From positions 12,320 to 76,319 of the forward strand of contig PLCF01000014.1 of NCBI GenBank assembly GCA_003135555.1: a stretch of 64,000 bases of DNA. Direction: 5' to 3'. The position numbers were made by a program, and so were the translations under genes. Positions 58,021 to 64,000 of this stretch are shown here, piece after piece. How positions within the stretch are numbered: position 1 is the first letter of the stretch; every line of letters starts with the position of its first letter. Under the pieces are notes generated by a model. It saw nothing but the letters and a program-made list of their open reading frames with translations, did no database searches and was not told the origin of the DNA. The stretch is from Vulcanimicrobiota bacterium (GTDB lineage Bacteria; Vulcanimicrobiota; Vulcanimicrobiia; Vulcanimicrobiales; Vulcanimicrobiaceae).

Positions 58021-58458
58021 CTATCGCAGGGTTGTCGAGGCGATCGACTCGCCGGACGGAGCAACCACGTCGACGTGCGACCCCTGGCGGTACACCGCGT
58101 TCGGCACGACCCAGATCGTGAAGGTCCGGTACTCCCTGGGAGCCGGATCGCCGCCGTCGAGCGGGGCACGTTCGAAGGCGACGATGCGCACTCGGTCGGT
58201 GTTGGCGCGGATCGATTCCACGATCTGGGTCCAGCCGGTCTCCTTGTGCGGTCCCATCAGCAAGACAACCGCGAACTCATGCCGGAAGTCGATCGGCACC
58301 GCGACGCCGAGCGAATCGAGCGTCCGCCGGTCCCGAATGACGACGACCTCTCGAGGGCCGACCACGGGGGTCGTGCCGGTCCGCCGCTGGTTGACCCGCA
58401 CCTCGCGGCAGCCGGCCAGGACGACGGCGAGCGCGAGGGCGGCGAAGAGACGCCGCAT
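58021..58458 (-). CDS. Lipoprotein, PrcB C-terminal-like domain
   Basis: Lipobox LAGC; IDF...AVVLLMG...TGW...VESI. Confidence 0.6.
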   Translation of the reverse strand: MRRLFAALALAVVLAGCREVRVNQRRTGTTPVVGPREVVVIRDRRTLDSLGVAVPIDFRHEFAVVLLMGPHKETGWTQIVESIRANTDRVRIVAFERAPLDGGDPAPREYRTFTIWVVPNAVYRQGSHVDVVAPSGESIASTTLR

Positions 58459-58552
58459 CGGCGTCGGTCGTTCGACAGTTCGCACCGAGGATACCCCGCC
58501 GCCGCGGCTGAAGTCGGAGTACCCTCATCTGGATTCGCTCCGGAGTCCGCCC

Positions 58553-59254
58553 ATGCTGATGCTTTTGCCGTTGGTCGTAGCGCTGGCCGCTGCGGAGCCC
58601 GCTCCCGCGCCGAGCAGCTCGGCGCGGCCGACGCCGTTGACGGAGATCGGCCGCGTTCGCGCGTTGCCGGCCTGCGTCCCGATCGTCGCGCACGCGAACG
58701 GTGCGATCACGCAGGCGCTCGACAACGATCGCTCGCTGGCGATCATCACGACCAACCTGCGCAACACCGACTTCGACAAGCTCAATTTCATGCAGCGCCG
58801 CAACGCGATCGAGGCGATCATGAAACAGGCCGAGGCGATGCGCGTCGCGTCGTCCGCCGGCGACGTCGAGGTGAAGAAGCTGCGCGAATACGCGGTGAAC
58901 TCGCCCGACCCCGAGCGCAAGGCGGAGCTCAAGACCTTCGCCGACGCGCTCGGCGGCGCGCTCTACCGGCAAAAGAAAGCCGCGGTCGAGCTCATGCGGG
59001 ACGTGACGATCCTGCGCGGGCGCGAGGAGACTCAGGAAGCCCGGGACACGATGGCCCAGAACAACCAAATCCCGCCCAACGTCGCGCGCCTGACCGGAGT
59101 GCCGATCACGGCGGCTCCCACGCCGACACCGGCGCCGGCCTACAATCGCCAGATGCAGTACATGAGCGACACGCTCGACGGCATGTCCAAGGGCATCCTG
59201 ACCGACGAAGGGGTCGCGGCCGACCACAGCATCGCAGCGACGTCGGGCTGCTGA
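58553..59254 (+). CDS. Secreted helical hypothetical protein
   Basis: Signal peptide, PTPLTEIGRV, two Cys, helical body. Confidence 0.7.
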   Translation: MLMLLPLVVALAAAEPAPAPSSSARPTPLTEIGRVRALPACVPIVAHANGAITQALDNDRSLAIITTNLRNTDFDKLNFMQRRNAIEAIMKQAEAMRVASSAGDVEVKKLREYAVNSPDPERKAELKTFADALGGALYRQKKAAVELMRDVTILRGREETQEARDTMAQNNQIPPNVARLTGVPITAAPTPTPAPAYNRQMQYMSDTLDGMSKGILTDEGVAADHSIAATSGC

Positions 59255-59302
59255 CGACCTGAGTCGTTTCACGGGGCCGCCTTGGGCGGTACGCTTGCGG
59301 TG

Positions 59303-60241
59303 ATGTTCCGCGCGTTCACGCTGGCGGCCGCGGTCGCGGCTTTTCTGGTGGCGGTCCTGGGGAGCTGGGTCCGCATCAACGGCGCGGGGATGGCGTGCCC
59401 GGACTGGCCGCTATGCCGCCACGCGCTCGTCCCGCTGCTCGACGGGGCCGTCGTGCTGGAGTGGTCGCACCGCCTGCTGGCGGTCATCGCCGCCGTGCTC
59501 GTCGTAGGCGCGCTCTGGACGGGCTGGCGCGCTCGCGAGCGCGTCGCCGGGGCCGCTCCCATCTTGGCGTTCGTCACGGTGGTCTTCGCGCTCCAAGTCG
59601 GGCTGGGCGGTCTCACGGTCGCGCTTGCGAACAGCCCGTGGTCCGTCGTGGTGCACTGGGGCACCGCGATGCTCTTGCTGGGCGGGCTCACCGCCCTCGC
59701 GTTCCTGGCGTTCGTGCAGCCGCGGGAGCTGCGCCGGCGGCCCTCGTCGTTGGACGCACTGCTGGGCGCCTGCGCCGGGCTCGCGTTCGTGACCATGCTG
59801 GCCGGATCGTACGTGAGCTCGAGCGGAGCCGGCCTCGCCTGCACGACGCTCCCCGCCTGTGACGGCGGTTCGTGGACCGGGACCCTGCCCGGACAGCTCG
59901 CGCAGATGGCGCATCGTTTCATCGCGGGCGCGTTCTTCGTCGTCGCGACGCTGGCCGCGTACGGGGCCCGGCGCGCCACACCGCGCGTGCGCGCGGCGGC
60001 GCTCGCCGGCTACGCGCTCGTCATCGTACAGGTCGTGCTGGGCCTTGGAGCGGTCGCGTGGTCGCTGCCCGTCGGGCTGCGCGAGGCGCACGCGGCGAAT
60101 GCCTGCGCAACCTTCCTCGCCTTCGTCGCCGCGCTCACGTTTGCCGCGATCGACGGGACGGTTCCGCTGGCACAAGCGCGATTTGATCGCGTCCGCATCC
60201 CGGCCGAAGCACGCATCCCGGTCGAAGGGTCGGCCGGATGA
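59303..60241 (+). CDS. ctaA: Heme A synthase (COX15/CtaA)
   Basis: GMACPDWPLC, EWSHR, QMAHR; adjacent to ctaB. Confidence 0.9.
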   Translation: MFRAFTLAAAVAAFLVAVLGSWVRINGAGMACPDWPLCRHALVPLLDGAVVLEWSHRLLAVIAAVLVVGALWTGWRARERVAGAAPILAFVTVVFALQVGLGGLTVALANSPWSVVVHWGTAMLLLGGLTALAFLAFVQPRELRRRPSSLDALLGACAGLAFVTMLAGSYVSSSGAGLACTTLPACDGGSWTGTLPGQLAQMAHRFIAGAFFVVATLAAYGARRATPRVRAAALAGYALVIVQVVLGLGAVAWSLPVGLREAHAANACATFLAFVAALTFAAIDGTVPLAQARFDRVRIPAEARIPVEGSAG

Positions 60242-61167
60242 GCTCGACGCTCGCGCGCGTCGACGGCGCGACGCCGGCGGCTCGGAGCGGTCTGGGCGGC
60301 ACGCTGCTGGACTACTACGAGCTGACCAAGCCCCGCATCATCTACCTGCTCCTCATCACGACGCTCGCGGCGATGGTGATGGCCGCGCGCGGCGTACCGC
60401 CGCTGCTGCTGACGCTGTGGACCCTGGCCGGCGGGGCGCTCTCGGCGGCCTCGGCCGGCGCGATAAATTGCGTGTGGGACCGCGACATCGATCGCTTGAT
60501 GACGCGCACGAAGTTCCGGCCCGTCGCGCGCGGCTCGATCTCGGCGCGCGATGCCCTCATCTTCGCCGCGCTCGCCCAGGCGATCGGGTACGCGCTGCTC
60601 TTCGGGTTGGTGAATCCGCTTGCCGCGTGGCTCTCGTTGGCCGGCAACGTGTACTACGTCGTGATCTACACGATGTGGCTCAAGCGCATCACGCCGCTCA
60701 ACATCGTCATCGGCGGCGCGGCCGGCGCGGTCCCGCCGCTCGTCGGCTGGGCGGCGGTAACCGGGCACCTCGGTTCCCCCGCCTTCGCGCTGTTCGCGGT
60801 CATCTTCTTGTGGACGCCGCCGCACTTCTGGGCGCTCTCGCTGATGACCAACGTCGACTACGACAAGGCCGGGATCCCGATGCTCCCCAACGTCCGGGGC
60901 ATCGCGCACACCAAGCGCGAGATCATGATCTATTCGCTGGTACTCGTCGGCGTCTCGCTGGCGTTCTTCCCGCTGCACGTGCTGGGCCCGTGTTACGGCG
61001 GCTGCGCGCTGATCCTGGGCGCCGTGTTCCTGTGGGACGCTTGGAAGATCGGCGGCGACCCGACCAAACGCTACGCGCGCGTCCTGTTCAAATACTCGCT
61101 GCTCTATCTCGCGCTCATGTGCGCCGCCATGGTGCTCGACCGCGTAATCCGTCTTCCGCACGCCTGA
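60238..61167 (+). CDS. ctaB: Protoheme IX farnesyltransferase (heme O synthase)
   Basis: LTKPRI, DRDID..M.RT..RP, YTMWLKR, WTPPHFW. Confidence 0.95.
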   Translation: MSSTLARVDGATPAARSGLGGTLLDYYELTKPRIIYLLLITTLAAMVMAARGVPPLLLTLWTLAGGALSAASAGAINCVWDRDIDRLMTRTKFRPVARGSISARDALIFAALAQAIGYALLFGLVNPLAAWLSLAGNVYYVVIYTMWLKRITPLNIVIGGAAGAVPPLVGWAAVTGHLGSPAFALFAVIFLWTPPHFWALSLMTNVDYDKAGIPMLPNVRGIAHTKREIMIYSLVLVGVSLAFFPLHVLGPCYGGCALILGAVFLWDAWKIGGDPTKRYARVLFKYSLLYLALMCAAMVLDRVIRLPHA

Positions 61168-61174
61168 ATCGGAG

Positions 61175-62578
61175 ATGCCCACGACCGCCGAGGCCACGGT
61201 AGCCGGTCACCGGTTCGACCGCAGCACGCTCCCGCTGCTGGTTACGTTGGGGCTCGGGGTGTTCGCGGGCGCGCTCGACCTGGGTGTCCTTTCACCGGCG
61301 CTGCCCGCGTTGGGCGCGGCGTTCGGGGTCGGACCGCGCGACCTCGCCTGGGTATTCACGCTCTACCTATTGGCCAACGTCGTCTCGATCCCGATCGCGA
61401 CGAAACTCGCCGACCGCTACGGGCGCCGACCGGTCTACATCGCGTGCGTCACCGTGTTTGCGCTCGGCAGCGTTCTCGCGATCACCGCGCCCAGCTTCGC
61501 GGTCTTCCTCGTCGCGCGCGCGATCCAAGCCGCCGGTGCGGGCGGGATCTTCCCCGTCGCGACCGCGGCGATCGGCGACCGGGTCGCGCCCGAACGCCGT
61601 GGGAGCGCGCTGGGACTCGTCGCCGCGACGTGGGGTCTGGCTGCGATCGTCGGCCCGGCCTTCGGTGGTTTGGTCACGCACTTCATCTCCTGGCATTGGG
61701 TGTTCGCGCTCAACGTGCCGCTGGCGTCTGCGGTGATCGTCATGGCGCGCACGACCGTCCCGGCGACGGCAACGAACGCGCGCGGACCGCTCGACGTCGG
61801 CGGCATCGCGACGCTCGCGGTCGGTTTGCTCGCGACGATGGGGCTGCTCACGCGGCTCTACGCGTACTCCGGCGCAGTCAACGCGCCGCTGGCGTGGGCG
61901 ATGGTCGCCGTCGGTACGGTCGCGTTCGCGCTGTTCGGGCTGGTCGAGCGGCGTGCGGTACAGCCGGTGATTCCGCCCGCTTTTTTCCGCGACCGCCAGC
62001 TCGGCGTAACGTACGCGCTCGAGATCTTGATCGGCGCGCTCGAAGGCGCCCTGTTCTTCATCCCCGCCGCGCTCGTCGCCGCGCAGCACCTCTCGTACGC
62101 CGCCGCCGGCGCGGTGGCCGCGTTGGGCGCGACCTGCTTCGTGGGGGTGATCCCGCTCTCGGGGCGCGCGCTCGACCGGGTCGGCAGCCGCGTCGTGCTG
62201 ACCGCCGGAACGCTCCTGACCGCCGCAGGGTTGCTCGTCTTCGCCCTGGGCTTCGGTACCTTGGCGTTCACGCTCCTCGCCATGATCGTCGCCGGCGCGG
62301 GGTTCGGGGCGCTGCTGGGCGCGCCGACGCGCTACATCGTCACCAACCACGTCGGCCCCGAGCAGCGCGCCGGCGCGGTTGGGCTACTCTCGGTGTTCTT
62401 GATCGTGGGCCAGATCATCGGCGGCTCGCTCGGCGGCGGCGTCGCCGGCTCGCACGGCAGCCTGATCGAGGGGTATCGAATCGCGTACTTCGTGTTTGCC
62501 GGCATCGCGCTCGCCGCGACATTGCTCACCGCCGCGCTCGCGCCGCGGCACGTCGAACGCGCGTCCGCCGTGCGCTGA
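61175..62578 (+). CDS. MFS transporter (DHA2-like)
   Basis: KLADRYGRR, ARAIQAAGAG, WHWVFALNVP; many TM helices. Confidence 0.9.
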   Translation: MPTTAEATVAGHRFDRSTLPLLVTLGLGVFAGALDLGVLSPALPALGAAFGVGPRDLAWVFTLYLLANVVSIPIATKLADRYGRRPVYIACVTVFALGSVLAITAPSFAVFLVARAIQAAGAGGIFPVATAAIGDRVAPERRGSALGLVAATWGLAAIVGPAFGGLVTHFISWHWVFALNVPLASAVIVMARTTVPATATNARGPLDVGGIATLAVGLLATMGLLTRLYAYSGAVNAPLAWAMVAVGTVAFALFGLVERRAVQPVIPPAFFRDRQLGVTYALEILIGALEGALFFIPAALVAAQHLSYAAAGAVAALGATCFVGVIPLSGRALDRVGSRVVLTAGTLLTAAGLLVFALGFGTLAFTLLAMIVAGAGFGALLGAPTRYIVTNHVGPEQRAGAVGLLSVFLIVGQIIGGSLGGGVAGSHGSLIEGYRIAYFVFAGIALAATLLTAALAPRHVERASAVR

Positions 62579-62593
62579 TCGCGAAACCTCGCG

Positions 62594-63583
62594 CTACGCG
62601 CTCTCGATGAAGATTTTGCGCGCCAGCCGGTAAACCAGGTACGCCAGCGCGCCGAAGATCACGAGCACCACCGCGAGGTCCTGCAGACCGCTGAAGCCGG
62701 CGACGCTGTTACCGCACAGCGCGACGAATCCCGAGGACAGCCAGAGATCCAGGCGCGCAAGCGGGTTGCTCGCGGCTCCGTTCTGGGAGTCGACCTGGGC
62801 CAGCAGCTCGTCGGGGAGCCAGTCCGCTTCGCTGCGCATCATGCGGATGCGCCCGTCACGGTCCACGATGACGGTGTTCTCGGCGTGGATGATCCCGATG
62901 GCCGGATCGGGGAACGCCGTGACGCCGAACTGCGCCGCGAAGTTGAGCGTCGGCTCAGCGTCGCCGACGACGATGCTCCAGCGCTTGGGATCGGCGCCGA
63001 ACGTGGTGGCGTAGCGCGCCAGCACGGGCGGCCGGTCGTAGGCGGGATCGAGCGTGACCTCGACGAGGTGCAGCCGGCGGCCGGCGGCCTTCTGTTGCAG
63101 CTGGCGGAACTTCGCGCTGATGAGCGGGCACATGCGCGCGTCCTGGCAGCGCGTGTAAATGAACGACAACACCACGTCGTCGCCGCGCAGCTGCGAGAAC
63201 CGAAACGCCTTGCCGGTTTGGTCGACGAAGGGAGTATCGGGGACCACGTCACCGAGCCGTAGCCGGGTCACCTGACGCAGCGGACTCAGGCTGCTCGTCA
63301 GCGGCTGGGCGCTCGAGCTGGTGACGTTGGAGAGCGTCCAAGGCTCGGTCGTGCGGCTCACGTCGGCGTCGATCGTGGCCCCGGGTTGCAGTTGGGCGGC
63401 CCGCGCGCGGGGAACGATGGCGAACACCATCGTCATCGCCGGCATCGAACCGTAAGGGTCGTGGCGCACGATGACCTGCCCGGTCTTCGGCGTCACGGCG
63501 AGGACCACGCCGTGCAACCGTAGCGCGGCGTCCGCGTATCCGGGAAACAGCAGCATGATCGACGACACGGCGACGAAGATCAT
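62594..63583 (-). CDS. CusF-like copper-binding domain fused to an SCO1/SenC domain
   Basis: VRHDP..MPAMTM.F (CusF-like); FIYTRCQDARMC, TLDP..D, H (SCO); C-terminal TM helix; start uncertain. Confidence 0.85.
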   Translation of the reverse strand: MIFVAVSSIMLLFPGYADAALRLHGVVLAVTPKTGQVIVRHDPYGSMPAMTMVFAIVPRARAAQLQPGATIDADVSRTTEPWTLSNVTSSSAQPLTSSLSPLRQVTRLRLGDVVPDTPFVDQTGKAFRFSQLRGDDVVLSFIYTRCQDARMCPLISAKFRQLQQKAAGRRLHLVEVTLDPAYDRPPVLARYATTFGADPKRWSIVVGDAEPTLNFAAQFGVTAFPDPAIGIIHAENTVIVDRDGRIRMMRSEADWLPDELLAQVDSQNGAASNPLARLDLWLSSGFVALCGNSVAGFSGLQDLAVVLVIFGALAYLVYRLARKIFIESA

Positions 63584-64000
63584 CCACGGCGTCCGGCCCA
63601 GCCGGGTGCCCGCGCACGAGCGCGCGGCGACGCTGATTCGCCGCCCCTGGACGCGCGCGGAGCGCGGGGTCGTGCTGATGGGGTTCTTCGGCCGCCTAAG
63701 CATCGGGATCGAGCCGCTGCTCTGCGGTCTGGTGTTCGCGGCCATCACGTTCGGCATCTTCGCGGCTCCGCGGCTCTCTCCGCGCTGGGTCCATCCCGAC
63801 ATCGTCATCATCGCCCCGGTCTTCGGGTTGGGCGTTCTCATCTGCGCCGCGTGGGCCTTGGGGCTCATGCTGGCACCGGCCCGCGCGCTCGCGCACACGC
63901 TGCGACCGATCTACGTGGTCGACGGTTACATTCGCTACCGGCGGCGCGACGCTACCTCGGGCGAGGAAACGAACGGTTACGTCGCGGTGCTCACCGAGGA
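63555..64000 (+). CDS. Hypothetical membrane protein, runs off the window end
   Basis: Open frame with TM segments (LLCGLVFAAITFGIF; IIAPVFGLGVLICAAWALGLML); start uncertain. Confidence 0.6.
   Translation, partial: MIDDTATKIIHGVRPSRVPAHERAATLIRRPWTRAERGVVLMGFFGRLSIGIEPLLCGLVFAAITFGIFAAPRLSPRWVHPDIVIIAPVFGLGVLICAAWALGLMLAPARALAHTLRPIYVVDGYIRYRRRDATSGEETNGYVAVLTE

Overview
A very GC-rich, gene-dense bacterial chromosomal segment with about 63 CDSs and no rRNA, tRNA, CRISPR array, transposase or prophage. The Pro/Thr-linker secreted proteins, carboxypeptidase-domain TonB receptors and a Uma2 nuclease suggest Vulcanimicrobiota/Eremiobacterota (inference only). Recognisable content: acnA, rnd, rpiB, a reductive pyrimidine catabolism cluster (preT-preA-hydA-nitrilase-type ureidopropionase-NCS1 plus a class III aminotransferase), bolA-grxD, two TonB-dependent receptors, ppk1, a betaine-type ABC importer beside a gamma-glutamylcyclotransferase and egtD, a fatty-acid hydroxylase/MGDG-synthase pair, prfC, ctaA-ctaB and a CusF-SCO fusion. 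Features the ORF track misses: (1) a stand-alone ~260-nt transcript (8549-8812) between a near-consensus sigma70 promoter and a terminator, folding into a 6S-like rod and carrying a duplicated GGAGGGCGGC...GATCCACC motif with two DPP mini-ORFs; (2) a His/Cys membrane leader with a RAPP arrest motif before a TonB receptor, apparently frameshifted into a fusion and preceded by an ECF-type promoter; (3) an unrecognised 4-Cys helical domain present three times in two adjacent secreted proteins; (4) three 11-bp-phased direct repeats upstream of a small Cys/His protein, next to an internally deleted SDR remnant; (5) probable ATC and CTG start codons and several leaderless genes. All protein calls come from motif recognition by eye; no searches were run.
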